Assembly (NCBI GenBank): GCA_963716725.1
Contig: CAVQUB010000008.1
Span: forward strand, 64,001 to 128,000
DNA from: an uncultured delta proteobacterium
GTDB taxonomy: Bacteria; Myxococcota_A; Polyangia; Polyangiales; Polyangiaceae
DNA: 64,000 bases
Reading direction: 5' to 3'
The translations under genes and the position numbers were made by a program. Below, in pieces: positions 8,817 through 21,344 of the stretch. How positions within the stretch are numbered: the first letter of the stretch is position 1; the number at the start of each line of letters is the position of its first letter. Under the pieces are notes generated by a model. That model did no database searches. It saw nothing but the letters and a program-made list of their open reading frames with translations, and was not told the origin of the DNA.

Positions 8817-10544
8817 ATGCGACGTTCCCCTCTCTTCACGCTCACTGCCGTCACGCTGCTCTGTGCCTCCACCGCGCTCGCGGAGGGCGGCTTCGCCCTC
8901 GATCGCTACGAGCCGTCCGAGCGCGGCAGCGATTGGTTCGCCAACGAGTCCCTCGATCTGCGAGGCAACGGTCGCCTCGCGCTCGGGGCAGTCGGTGACT
9001 ACGCGTACAAGCCGCTGGTCTTTTACGACGCCAACGGGGACGAGCAGGCCGCCGTGGTCGAGCACCAGCTCTTTGTCCACCTCGGCGGTGCGATCGTGCT
9101 CTTTGATCGACTGCGGCTCGGCGCGAACCTGCCTCTCCTGGCCTACAGCAAGGGCGACTCGCTCGACGTCGCCAACTCATCCTTCTCGACCAGCGACAAA
9201 GCGAGCGTGGGCGATCCGAGGTTGACGGCCGACGTTCGCGTGCTCGGTGAATACGGCGGCGCAGCGACCCTCGCCTTCGGGGTCCAGGGGTTCATCCCGG
9301 TGGGCAACGAGGAAGCCTTCGCCAGCGACGGCAAGCTGCGCATCCGGCCGCGCCTGATGCTGGCCGGTGACGTCGGCGACATGGCCTACGCGGCACAGAC
9401 GGGGTTCAACTATCGCGCCAGGGGCGACAACCTCGGCGAGGAGGCCTTCGGGAGCGAACTCACTTTTTCGGCGGCGGTCGGCCTGCGCGCCCTGGACAAG
9501 AAGCTGATCGTCGGCCCCGAGGTCTTCGGCTCGACCGTGGTCAGCGACGGTGGCGACGGCGCATTCAAGAAGCGAACGACGCCGCTCGAGCTGGTCTTCG
9601 GCGGGAAGTACCGGGTCACGCCGGATTGGCGAGTCGGCGCTGCCGTCGGACCGGGCCTGAGCCGCGGCGTCGGCGCGCCCCAGGTGCGCGTGCTCGCGAG
9701 CATCGAGTGGTTCCCCGCGATGGAAAAGGCCGCGGGTCCGTCGGACCGCGACAGGGACGGGATCCTCGACGCGGACGACGCCTGCCCGGACACCCCGGGC
9801 GTTCGTACGGACGACCCCAAGACCAACGGCTGCCCGCCGGCGGATGCGCCCTCCGATCGCGACAAGGACGGGATCCTCGACGTGGACGACGCTTGCCCCG
9901 ACGTGCCCGGGGTCAAGAACGACGATCCCAAGAAGAACGGCTGCCCGCCCCCGAAGGACTCGGACGGAGACGGGATCACCGACGACGTCGACGCCTGCCC
10001 GACGGAGGCCGGTGTTGCCAACGTCGATCCGAGCAAGCACGGCTGTCCCGCCCCGAAGGACACCGACGGCGACGGCATCCTCGACGCAGAGGACGCCTGC
10101 CCGGACAAGGCCGGCCCTGCCGATCCCGATCCCAAGAAACACGGCTGCCCGAAGGCCCAGATCGACAAAGGGCAGATCAAGATCATCGAGCAGGTGCAGT
10201 TCGCGACCAACAGCGCGAAGATCCTGCCGGCCAGCGATCCCGTGTTGAACGCGGTCCTGGAGATCCTGCGAGATCACCCCGAGATCACCAAGGTGAACGT
10301 CGAGGGCCACACGGACAACCGCGGTGGCAAGGGCCACAACAAGGATCTCAGCAAACGCCGGGCCGCCAGCGTGGCCAAGTGGCTGGTGGACAAGGGCATC
10401 GAGGCGAAGCGGCTCTCTTCGGCGGGCTTTGGCATGGAGCGTCCCCTCGACAGCAATGACACCGAGGACGGCCGGCAGAAGAACCGGCGCGTCGAGTTCC
10501 ACATCCAGGCGAACGAAGGTTCGACGACCGTGAAGACGAAGTGA
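8817..10544 (+). CDS. OmpA-family protein: N-terminal beta-barrel, TSP3 repeats, OmpA_C (TraB-like architecture)
   Basis: Signal peptide, alternating beta-strand pattern, DxDxDGIxDxxDACP repeats, VEGHTD...LS..RA...NRRVEF. Confidence 0.88.
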   Translation: MRRSPLFTLTAVTLLCASTALAEGGFALDRYEPSERGSDWFANESLDLRGNGRLALGAVGDYAYKPLVFYDANGDEQAAVVEHQLFVHLGGAIVLFDRLRLGANLPLLAYSKGDSLDVANSSFSTSDKASVGDPRLTADVRVLGEYGGAATLAFGVQGFIPVGNEEAFASDGKLRIRPRLMLAGDVGDMAYAAQTGFNYRARGDNLGEEAFGSELTFSAAVGLRALDKKLIVGPEVFGSTVVSDGGDGAFKKRTTPLELVFGGKYRVTPDWRVGAAVGPGLSRGVGAPQVRVLASIEWFPAMEKAAGPSDRDRDGILDADDACPDTPGVRTDDPKTNGCPPADAPSDRDKDGILDVDDACPDVPGVKNDDPKKNGCPPPKDSDGDGITDDVDACPTEAGVANVDPSKHGCPAPKDTDGDGILDAEDACPDKAGPADPDPKKHGCPKAQIDKGQIKIIEQVQFATNSAKILPASDPVLNAVLEILRDHPEITKVNVEGHTDNRGGKGHNKDLSKRRAASVAKWLVDKGIEAKRLSSAGFGMERPLDSNDTEDGRQKNRRVEFHIQANEGSTTVKTK

Positions 10545-10558
10545 CCAAGAGGACGACC

Positions 10559-13672
<3,114 letters not shown>

Positions 13673-13691
13673 GTCGCCCCGTCGTGTGCTC

Positions 13692-13721
13692 GGGTCCGGC
13701 GGCTTTTGTCCGCCGGGATCC
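13692..13721 (+). terminator. GC-rich hairpin after the adhesin gene
   Basis: GGTCCGGCGG-CTTTTGT-CCGCCGGGATCC; no U-tract. Confidence 0.4.
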
Positions 13722-13759
13722 GGGCCCGCGCGCGCCCACTCGATTCTCGAGCGGCCACC

Positions 13760-13826
13760 CAAACCATTGATAACATTATAGAATAGACATGTTCGCGGCC
13801 CACGGGGGGCAGGTCCCGCCATTGCC
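13760..13826 (+). promoter_or_regulatory. IHF site plus putative sigma54 promoter upstream of the HzsA-like gene
   Basis: CAAACCATTGATA (13760-13772; reverse TATCAATGGTTTG = WATCAANNNNTTR) and AGGTCCCGCCATTGCC (GG 13812-13, GC 13824-25). Confidence 0.5.
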
Positions 13827-13871
13827 GTCTGTGCCCGATTCCACCAAGATTCGGGTTCGGAGGACGGCGCT

Positions 13872-16800
13872 ATGTCTAGAATTCATACAGTCGCGGTGCC
13901 CTTGCTCCTCGGCCTGACGGTTTGGGTGAGCTCGAGCTGCAGCCAGCGGGAGGTCGAAGCAGAGGGTACCTACTTCGACAAGAAGATCGCGCCCATCCTC
14001 AACGGCTCATGCGCGACGAGCCCGACGGGGTCGCTCTGTCACGTCACGGCCGACCAACGCGGCAACGCGCTCGGCAACCTCGACGTTACGAGCTACGAGA
14101 TGCTCGCGAAGCGGCAGGACCTGCTCGAGGACTTCGGTCCCTATGGGATGCCGGCGCTGCTGGCCAAGGCGGTGTCGCCGCAGACGCTCAAGCTCACCCA
14201 TTTCGATGGCACCGAGGACGCCATCGAGACCGATATTCCCCACGCCGGAGGCAGCGTCTTGGATGGCAGCTCCGCATCCTTCCGCACGGTCCTGAACTGG
14301 TTGGAGCGCGGCGCGCAGAAGAACAATTCTCAATCGAAGCAGCCGACCATCGATCGCGATCCCTGCGTGGAGAGCATTGGCAAAGATCCGCTCTTCGACC
14401 CGACGCAGGATCCAACGAACCCCGCCTACCAGACCTTCGTCGACAAAGTGAACCCGTGGCTCGTGAACAACTGCGCCGGCGGCAACTGCCACGGCACGGA
14501 CGAAGCCGCGTTTCCGCTCTCGTGCGGCAAGACGCCCGAGCAGAAGCGCTGGAACTATTTTTCGGCGAGCGACTATGTCGCCCTTGCGCCCCAGTTCAGT
14601 GAGATCCTGACGCGACCGCTCAACCCGGCCTACGGAGGAGTGCATCACCCGGGCGGTTGGGTCCTCGATTCGACCGACGACGCCGCGTACAAGGCCGTGC
14701 TCGACTGGGCCACGCAGCAAGGCGGAGCCACCAACGTTCCGAAGGACCCTGGCTTCGCGATGTTCGCCAAACGCGTGCAGCCGATGTTCGTCAAACGCGG
14801 CTGCGTCCTGCTCGGCTGCCACTCCTCGCCGGTGTTCAACGATTTCCGTCCGCGTCCGCCCAGCGCTGGGCATTTCGGCCTCGCCGCGACCCGCCACAAC
14901 TACCAAGAAACGCTGGAGCAGATCGCGCTCGAGTCGGCCGATCCCAACGCGAGCCGTCTGGTCCGGAAGAACCTGCCGCCCGGGCCGAAGGGTCCTGGCA
15001 TGCGTCACCGCGGTGGATCGCTGTTCGCGCTTGGCGGCGACCCCGCTGCCTGCGATCTGGTCGCCGCGGAGACCGGTCCCATCGATGAACAACCGCCCTA
15101 CTGCGTGGTCGTGGCGTGGATCGCCAAGGAGCGCGCGGAGCGCATGAAGAACGCGGTGCCTCTCGAGGGCATCGTCTATGTCAAGCGCGCGCCGCTCGCC
15201 CAACCCGAGATGATGCAGGACTGGGAGACCTATCGCCCCGGCGCAGATCTGCGTTGGATCGGCGCTTCGATGGACGCCGCCGGAGCCGTCAGCACCAGCG
15301 GCGGCGACAAGAGTCTGCTCGCGGGCTGCGGACTCACCGCGACCAGCGCCGACTTGAGGCGACCCATGGTGTCGTGGGACGGGAAGAAGGTCGCGTTCGC
15401 TGCGCGCAGCTCCGCCAACGAACCGTACCGGGTGTTTGTCATGAACGCTGACGGGTCGGCCTGCGCGCTCGAGCCGACCATCAACGCGGCACCGACGGAC
15501 ACCGGCGGCGCGCCGCTGCCGATCAACGGAGAGTTGATCCACAACTTCGATCCCGCCTTTGCGCCCGATGGCACCCTGGTCTTCGCGTCGAGCCGCGGCA
15601 ACATCTTCAAGGGCCACCTCTTCCCAGGCCCCCAGCGCTCCGCGGCCGATCCGGCCAAGCTCAACGCGAACCTGTACGTGCTCGAAAACGGCAAGATCCG
15701 CCAGCTCACCTTCCTCTCGAACCAAGAGCTGTACCCGGCGTTCAAGTCCAACGGGCAGGTGCTGATGACCAGCGAGAAACGCGCGCCGGGCTTCTACCAG
15801 CTCGCGTCTCGGCGCATCAACTTGGATGGCGGCGACTACCACCCGAACTTCGGGCAGCGCGCTCACTTCGGACATCTCCAGCTCACCGAGACGTCGCAGC
15901 TGATGGATCACAACTTCGTCGGTATCGCCAGCGACCGCGGCGCCGCGAATCTGGCTGGCGCTCTGGTGGTCATCAATCGCTCCATCGGCCAAGACAACGT
16001 CAGCGAGAACCCCGACGACTACGCTGAAGATCCGGACGCGCTCGACTACGCGAAGACGGCATTTTACCAGCGCTCCCTCTCGAACGTGGATCCTCCGGCC
16101 AATGGTCGCGTCGCCCAGACCATTCAGGGTGCGTACCGCAATCCGACGGCGCTCCCGAACGGCGGCATCCTGGCGAGCTACGCCGGCAACGTGGTCAACC
16201 TCGAGACCTTCAGCGGCAACTTCGACGTCGTCGCCGTCGATCCATCGACCGGTCAGCGCACCTCGCTCGCCGGGCTGGCCGACCCCAACGCCGACGAAAT
16301 CTGGGCAGTGCCGGTCTTCGGCCGCTACGACCGCGGGGTGTTCCGCACCACCCCTGGCGGCGACTCGGTGTTTCACGGTGTGGTCTATCCCGAGGACGAC
16401 GACCAGCCGCGCGTCGATCGCTTCCAGCTCACCATCGTCGATTTCCCAATGCTGGCGGCGCTGTTGTTCCAGAGCACGCGCTCGGCGCGGCGGATCAACA
16501 CGGACATGACCTCCTTCGAGGCGTGGGCCAGCTTGCCTCCGGATACCGAGAAGAGCCTGAACGACCCGAGCCCCTACATCGTCGAGGACGAGTACGGCAA
16601 GGTGTACGCCCGGCGCGTCAAGGTCGGCACCGTCCCGCTTCTCAGCGACGGATCGGTCAAGCTGCAGGCGCCGGCGGGGTTGCCCGTGGTCCTGGCCTAC
16701 GAGCAGCAGCTCAAGGGTGAGAGCAAACCGACCCTGCACCACCAGCGCGAAGAGCTGCAGTTCTACCCGGGTGAGTGGTTGACCTTGTCGTTCCGTCGCG

Positions 16801-16976
16801 AGGTGTTCAACAACTTCTGCGGCGGCTGTCACGGCCCGACCACGGGCAAGGAGTTCGACCTCTCGGTCAAACCCGACATCATCAGCCACGCGTCCAAGAG
16901 TCAGGCTCGCAAGGCGAAGCCCGTGGACGCCACCGGCGCCAAGCTCGATCAGATCATGGGTCCGCCCTTCCCCTGA
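13872..16976 (+). CDS. Multiheme c-type lipoprotein with TolB/PD40-like propeller (HzsA-related)
   Basis: Lipobox-like SSSC; CATSPTGSLCH, CAGGNCH, CVLLGCH, CGGCH; PD40-like PMVSWDGKKVAFA and DPAFAPDGTLVFASSR; GGAGGA RBS. Confidence 0.75.
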   Translation: MSRIHTVAVPLLLGLTVWVSSSCSQREVEAEGTYFDKKIAPILNGSCATSPTGSLCHVTADQRGNALGNLDVTSYEMLAKRQDLLEDFGPYGMPALLAKAVSPQTLKLTHFDGTEDAIETDIPHAGGSVLDGSSASFRTVLNWLERGAQKNNSQSKQPTIDRDPCVESIGKDPLFDPTQDPTNPAYQTFVDKVNPWLVNNCAGGNCHGTDEAAFPLSCGKTPEQKRWNYFSASDYVALAPQFSEILTRPLNPAYGGVHHPGGWVLDSTDDAAYKAVLDWATQQGGATNVPKDPGFAMFAKRVQPMFVKRGCVLLGCHSSPVFNDFRPRPPSAGHFGLAATRHNYQETLEQIALESADPNASRLVRKNLPPGPKGPGMRHRGGSLFALGGDPAACDLVAAETGPIDEQPPYCVVVAWIAKERAERMKNAVPLEGIVYVKRAPLAQPEMMQDWETYRPGADLRWIGASMDAAGAVSTSGGDKSLLAGCGLTATSADLRRPMVSWDGKKVAFAARSSANEPYRVFVMNADGSACALEPTINAAPTDTGGAPLPINGELIHNFDPAFAPDGTLVFASSRGNIFKGHLFPGPQRSAADPAKLNANLYVLENGKIRQLTFLSNQELYPAFKSNGQVLMTSEKRAPGFYQLASRRINLDGGDYHPNFGQRAHFGHLQLTETSQLMDHNFVGIASDRGAANLAGALVVINRSIGQDNVSENPDDYAEDPDALDYAKTAFYQRSLSNVDPPANGRVAQTIQGAYRNPTALPNGGILASYAGNVVNLETFSGNFDVVAVDPSTGQRTSLAGLADPNADEIWAVPVFGRYDRGVFRTTPGGDSVFHGVVYPEDDDQPRVDRFQLTIVDFPMLAALLFQSTRSARRINTDMTSFEAWASLPPDTEKSLNDPSPYIVEDEYGKVYARRVKVGTVPLLSDGSVKLQAPAGLPVVLAYEQQLKGESKPTLHHQREELQFYPGEWLTLSFRREVFNNFCGGCHGPTTGKEFDLSVKPDIISHASKSQARKAKPVDATGAKLDQIMGPPFP

Positions 16977-17082
16977 GCACCCTGAAAGAAATTACTGTCG
17001 CGCTGCGAGCCCAGTGTGGCCCGAGGCTGTTGCACAACCACCACGAAACGCGAGTCGTGGGCGCGATCAGCGCGGGATTCTT

Positions 17083-17099
17083 CCGGCACGAGCCTTGCG
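17083..17099 (+). promoter_or_regulatory. sigma54 -24/-12 promoter
   Basis: CCGGCACGAGCCTTGCG, near-consensus GGCACG-N4-TTGC, upstream of 17160. Confidence 0.65.
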
Positions 17100-17159
17100 A
17101 TGGGCCTTCATGAGCGACGCGCCCCGCGACGGGGTGCGCCGCGCTCGCAGGAGGTCCAC

Positions 17160-17543
17160 ATGCTTTCCAAATTCATTTCAATCTTCACCGTACTGTCCGC
17201 CGGAGCGCTGGCGCTCGGCTGTAGCTCGTCGCGGGACGTCGAGGTCAAAGGTCAGGTCAGCTCAGCGTCCGCGCAAGGGCAGATCCTCCTCGAGTTCTTC
17301 GACGTCGACGGCGCGGACAAGACCAGCGTGCACACCGCCAAGGCCGACGCCGACGGTTCGTTCAAAGCGACGGTCGCGCTCTCGGGCGACGAGGTCCTGG
17401 TGCGCGCCATCGCCGACGCCGACGCTGACGGAGCGTGCAGCCAGGGAGAACTCTGGGGCGAGACCTCGGCGAAGATCCAGGATGATGCGGTGGAGCCCAT
17501 CACGCTGGTGCTCGGGGCCGAGGCTTGCCCCAAGGCCGAATAG
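17160..17543 (+). CDS. Small lipoprotein (beta-sandwich-like)
   Basis: GGAGG RBS; MLSKFISIFTVLSAGALALGC lipobox. Confidence 0.75.
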   Translation: MLSKFISIFTVLSAGALALGCSSSRDVEVKGQVSSASAQGQILLEFFDVDGADKTSVHTAKADADGSFKATVALSGDEVLVRAIADADADGACSQGELWGETSAKIQDDAVEPITLVLGAEACPKAE

Positions 17544-17609
17544 CCCTGCGCCTTGGAGCTCGGGCGGCGGAGTCGGCGCCGCCCGGGCGCTTGCGCTAGA
17601 AATGGCAGC

Positions 17610-18140
17610 GTGAGCTCGCGTCTCTTCGATCTGCGCATGGCCGACGGCAGCCGCCACTTCGCGGATCTGCCCGAGACCCTGGGCAGGTCCGAGCCCGAGT
17701 GGGATCGGCTGCGGGATGCGGCTCAGGGGCTCGAGGGATCGACCTCGTGCTCGCTCACCACCGACGGCGTGACCGAAGCGTGGATCGAGTTCGAGTACCG
17801 CGACCTACGGTTTGCGATCAACAACCAGCACGGGCTGTGGTGGTTCTTCGTCTCGGATCCGCTCTGCCCCGACCAAGTGCTGCTCCGGGTCCACGATCAC
17901 TTCGAGCGGGCGCTCTCGCCTCACGCCGCGCGAGCGCGTGCGGCGGGTGAACTCGCGACCGGCGCTCACCGGGTACTGACCTACGAGCCAGACTCGCGGG
18001 TCGGGAGCAAGGATTTCGCTTCGCGCGCCGACGCCCAAGCCTACGCCGACGACGCAGCCTCGGAGACCGAGAACGGGATCGTGTCGGCCTACGTGTTCGA
18101 CGACTGTTTCCGGATGGTCAGCGTCGGGAAGCACTACTGA
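17610..18140 (+). CDS. Hypothetical protein
   Basis: Protein-like composition (TDGVTEAWIEFEY..INNQHGLWWFFV); start uncertain. Confidence 0.6.
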   Translation: MSSRLFDLRMADGSRHFADLPETLGRSEPEWDRLRDAAQGLEGSTSCSLTTDGVTEAWIEFEYRDLRFAINNQHGLWWFFVSDPLCPDQVLLRVHDHFERALSPHAARARAAGELATGAHRVLTYEPDSRVGSKDFASRADAQAYADDAASETENGIVSAYVFDDCFRMVSVGKHY

Positions 18141-18212
18141 AGCTCACGGCGCCTCGGACACGAGGATCAGGGTTCGCCTCGAGCCGTCGCGCGGTCGGCG
18201 TGGAAATCGAAG

Positions 18213-18229
18213 GTGGCGCAGGCATTGCA
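18213..18229 (+). promoter_or_regulatory. sigma54 -24/-12 promoter
   Basis: GTGGCGCAGGCATTGCA upstream of 18271. Confidence 0.6.
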
Positions 18230-18270
18230 GCGAGGCTCCGGAACTTACTTCTCGTGATCGGAGGTCTTCG

Positions 18271-18693
18271 ATGAGACGTGCGCAGATCTGCGTGGTGGCG
18301 ATGGTGTGTCTGGTGCCGACGCTCTGGGCTTGTGGGTCGAGCAGCGAAACGGACCCGGGTTCGGGCGGCGAAAGTGCCAGCGGTGGAAGTGGCGGTGCCG
18401 ATGCTGGTTCTGGGGGTACCGGGTCGGCGAGCGGCGGCTCGAGCGGCGCTTCGAGTGGTGGCGGCGGAGCGGGCGGTTCGCCCGGTGGAGGCGGCAGCGG
18501 CGGGGGCAGCGGGGCGTCCGCCGGGTCCGGTACGGGTGGAGGATCGCAGGTGGGATCGGGGCTCTGCGCACCGGGCGCCAAGTGCGGCGGGATCAACGTC
18601 TGCCATGAGGACTGCTTCAGCGCCGACTGTTGCTGGGTCACGTGTTGGTGTGACAACGGCGAGACGCTGGAGTGCAACATGGACTGCACCTGA
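18271..18693 (+). CDS. Lipoprotein with Gly/Ser linker and small Cys-rich C-terminal domain
   Basis: LWAC lipobox, Gly-rich spacer, 10 Cys in the last ~45 aa. Confidence 0.7.
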   Translation: MRRAQICVVAMVCLVPTLWACGSSSETDPGSGGESASGGSGGADAGSGGTGSASGGSSGASSGGGGAGGSPGGGGSGGGSGASAGSGTGGGSQVGSGLCAPGAKCGGINVCHEDCFSADCCWVTCWCDNGETLECNMDCT

Positions 18694-18725
18694 GGCAGCC
18701 CCCTGCGCTACGATGTCGCGGAACG

Positions 18726-19613
18726 GTGCGCGGCCTCGGATTTTCGCTCTCGCTCTTACTCGTGACGATGCTCGTCGCGAGCTGCGTCGTGGACGAAGAC
18801 TTCGACGACGGGCACTTTCTCTGCGATCCCGGCGGCGGCGAGGACGAGTGCCCGGAGGGGCTGCGTTGCGCCCAAGACGGTCGTTGCCGCAAGTCGCTCT
18901 CCCTGCCCGACGGCAGCGCTGGGACCGGCGGCAAAGACAGCGGCGCCGACGGGAGCTGCTTCCCGACCACGTGCCAGAGCCTCGCTCCAAAGTGCGGGGA
19001 CTTGGACGACGGCTGCGGGAACAAGCTCAATTGCGGCTGCCAAGCTCCGGACAGCTGTGGCGGCGCGGGCACGCCAGGCGTCTGCGGCTGCACCAAGAAG
19101 CAGTCCCGGACCAGGTTTGCAGACGCGGTGTTCGAAGCCAAGATCACGGGCAATACGGCCTGGACCAACGTCGCGGATGCCGCCCTCTCCGACGACAAAT
19201 GGGCCACCACCGCCGTGGCCCTGGACGCCGGCAAGACCACCAATCAGCTGAAGGCTTCGGCCTTCGGGTTCACGCTGCCGCCCAAGGCCGTGGTGCTGGG
19301 CGTCGAGATCGGCATCGAACGCTCGGCGCTCGGATCGGCGACGGCGCTGAAGGACAAAGAAGTGCGGGTGCTGGTGAAAGGCGTGGCGCTGGCGACCAAC
19401 GGCGCCAGTGCCGCAGCGTGGTCCACGACCGACGCCGAAGCGAAATACGGCTCCGGCACGGAGCTGTGGGGAGCGACCTCGATCTCGCCGGCCGACGTCC
19501 AGGCCGCTGACTTCGGTGTGCTCTTGACCGTTACGGCGACGGCCTCCGGCACTCCGCGCGTGGACGCGATTTCGATCACGGTTCACTTCGACGATCCGGC
19601 GTGTCCCAACTGA
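18726..19613 (+). CDS. Cys-rich lipoprotein with C-terminal beta-sandwich domain
   Basis: LVASC lipobox; CFPTTC...CG..DDGCG..LNCGC module; FGFTLP..VLGVEI..YGSGTELWG..SPADV..DFGV domain. Confidence 0.7.
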   Translation: MRGLGFSLSLLLVTMLVASCVVDEDFDDGHFLCDPGGGEDECPEGLRCAQDGRCRKSLSLPDGSAGTGGKDSGADGSCFPTTCQSLAPKCGDLDDGCGNKLNCGCQAPDSCGGAGTPGVCGCTKKQSRTRFADAVFEAKITGNTAWTNVADAALSDDKWATTAVALDAGKTTNQLKASAFGFTLPPKAVVLGVEIGIERSALGSATALKDKEVRVLVKGVALATNGASAAAWSTTDAEAKYGSGTELWGATSISPADVQAADFGVLLTVTATASGTPRVDAISITVHFDDPACPN

Positions 19614-19620
19614 GGTCACG

Positions 19621-20145
19621 ATGAGTCCCTATCGGACCAGCACGGCGACCATTCGTCCCGAGGATCTCGACCAACTCTTCGCGGCCAAGAGCAACTTGAA
19701 GGCGGAAGATGGGCTCAGCGTTTCTTACCTTCTCCTGCCCTGGAAACGTCACGTGTTCGTCGTGCGCTACGAGCCTGCCTCGATGGGTGCGTTCCTCCAA
19801 CCTCTGGCGAGCAACGCAACGTTTCGCATCGACGTGCTTCGCTCGGATGAGGTCGCGATCGGTCGTTATGGAATCGATGGCGACCGGCTGACCCGCCAAG
19901 ACGCGCGGGAGCACGAGTTCGAACGCGAGAGCCACGACCTGGAGGTGCTGAGTCGCGTGACCAGCGCGCAGGTGCGCGTCGGTGGCGTGCGCTTCGGCTT
20001 GGCCGAAGGCAAGCTGCTGTTCGAGGTCTCGGGCTTCGAAGTCGACGAGTTGAGCCAGCGCTTCAGCGCTGCATTTCCATGGCAGGCCCTCGGGCTGCCT
20101 GCCTTGCTGGGTCGAGAGTGGCTGGTGCTCGACCGTCCGATGTGA
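19621..20145 (+). CDS. Hypothetical protein
   Basis: ATG with GAGG upstream, 7 nt after the previous stop; no recognisable motif. Confidence 0.6.
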   Translation: MSPYRTSTATIRPEDLDQLFAAKSNLKAEDGLSVSYLLLPWKRHVFVVRYEPASMGAFLQPLASNATFRIDVLRSDEVAIGRYGIDGDRLTRQDAREHEFERESHDLEVLSRVTSAQVRVGGVRFGLAEGKLLFEVSGFEVDELSQRFSAAFPWQALGLPALLGREWLVLDRPM

Positions 20146-20232
20146 CCCGGGAATGCCAACCGGGGGTTTGCGTCGGCAAGACGCGGTTGGCGGCTCAGCC
20201 CCGACAACATCGTGAAATCGGGGGGGTCCGCT

Positions 20233-20249
20233 CCGGCCTCGGACTTGCA
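20233..20249 (+). promoter_or_regulatory. Putative sigma54 promoter for the propeller-NlpC/P60 pair
   Basis: CCGGCCTCGGACTTGCA (GG 20235-36, GC 20247-48), ~17 nt before ATG 20265. Confidence 0.5.
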
Positions 20250-20264
20250 CTGGACAGCGTCTAC

Positions 20265-21344
20265 ATGCGCAAGCGGCTGATGGTTTGGGCCTTCGGGGGG
20301 ACGGCAACGCTGGCGCTGCTCACGCTCGTGCTCGGCAGCGGAAGCGAGCGAAGCGTCCTTCGGGCGAACCCGGTTCGCCTCTCGCTCGGGAGTGCTGCGG
20401 GTCGCGCCGCTCCAAAGCCCACGCCCGCGGCCTCGGCGCTGCCCGCTGTGACCACCGCGACCGCGCAGAACGGCGTGAGTTCCGAGCAGGTCTTCCACGC
20501 GCCTTGGGGTGCGGCAACCGGTGAGCTGGGCAAGAAGGCCGCAAATGAGTCCTCCCCCGAGGGACCAGCCAGCTTCGCGGTAGACGCGCGCGGTCGGGCC
20601 TTTGTGCTCGATCAGGTCAACGGCCGCGTGCAGATCTTCGAGCCGGGACTGAAGCCTCGCAGCGTCCCGCTTCCGGGAGACACCTACCAAGACGTCGCCC
20701 TGAGGTCTGACGACGGCATCGTGTTGCTCGATCGTCTGACCAAAGAGACGGTGGCCTTCGCCGACGCCAGCGGCAAGGTCACCCACGAGATCCGCTTGCA
20801 GGGCGAGGGCGTCGTCGAGGCTGGCGACGTGACCGGCTTGTTCCAGCGCAACGACGGCACCTGGGTCGAGGTGAAACACGCGAACTTGGTGCAGATCGCC
20901 GACGCCGACGGCGCCCCGCTGGAAGATCGCACCATCGTGCAGGGTCGAATGGCGGCGGACGGCAAGGTGCTGCGCGCATCGAAGTCGGGATCGCATGCCG
21001 CATACGTCGCAGAGAAGACCAGCGACGGCGTGAGAGCGCTGGCCAAGGTCAACTTCGACTTGCCGGTGTGGCAGCTGCTCGAGCTCGACACCGACGCCCG
21101 AGGGCGCGTGTTTCTGGGGGCGAGCCTGCTGGAGGAGTCCGCCGCGCCCCCCTTCCAGGTGATCGAGGCGCGCGAAGTGGTGGTCGTGCTCGACGACGCC
21201 GGAGTCGAGCAAGCGCGCGTGGACCTTCCGGCCAGCACCGGCGCCGAGGAGAGCTTTCGCCGCATCCGGATCGGCGCCGATGGCGTCCTGTATCACCTGG
21301 CCTACGAGGAACGCGGCGCGACCATGAGGAGGTTCTCGCTATGA
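20265..21344 (+). CDS. Exported NHL/beta-propeller-like protein
   Basis: N-terminal hydrophobic anchor; EGPASFAVDARGRAFVLDQVNGRVQIF (NHL-like blade); ATGA overlap with the next gene. Confidence 0.7.
   Translation: MRKRLMVWAFGGTATLALLTLVLGSGSERSVLRANPVRLSLGSAAGRAAPKPTPAASALPAVTTATAQNGVSSEQVFHAPWGAATGELGKKAANESSPEGPASFAVDARGRAFVLDQVNGRVQIFEPGLKPRSVPLPGDTYQDVALRSDDGIVLLDRLTKETVAFADASGKVTHEIRLQGEGVVEAGDVTGLFQRNDGTWVEVKHANLVQIADADGAPLEDRTIVQGRMAADGKVLRASKSGSHAAYVAEKTSDGVRALAKVNFDLPVWQLLELDTDARGRVFLGASLLEESAAPPFQVIEAREVVVVLDDAGVEQARVDLPASTGAEESFRRIRIGADGVLYHLAYEERGATMRRFSL

Noticed and set aside
13765..13784. TGATAACATTAT as a Fur box
   Set aside because: Only a partial match; the overlapping sequence fits the IHF consensus exactly
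14007..16889. 960-aa antisense ORF (and similar ones at 9177-10502, 21302-22963, 28420-29853, 38201-39745)
   Set aside because: In-register antisense shadows expected from high GC3 codon bias
13872..16976. Anammox hydrazine synthase function
   Set aside because: No beta/gamma subunits nearby; the resemblance is only in domain layout
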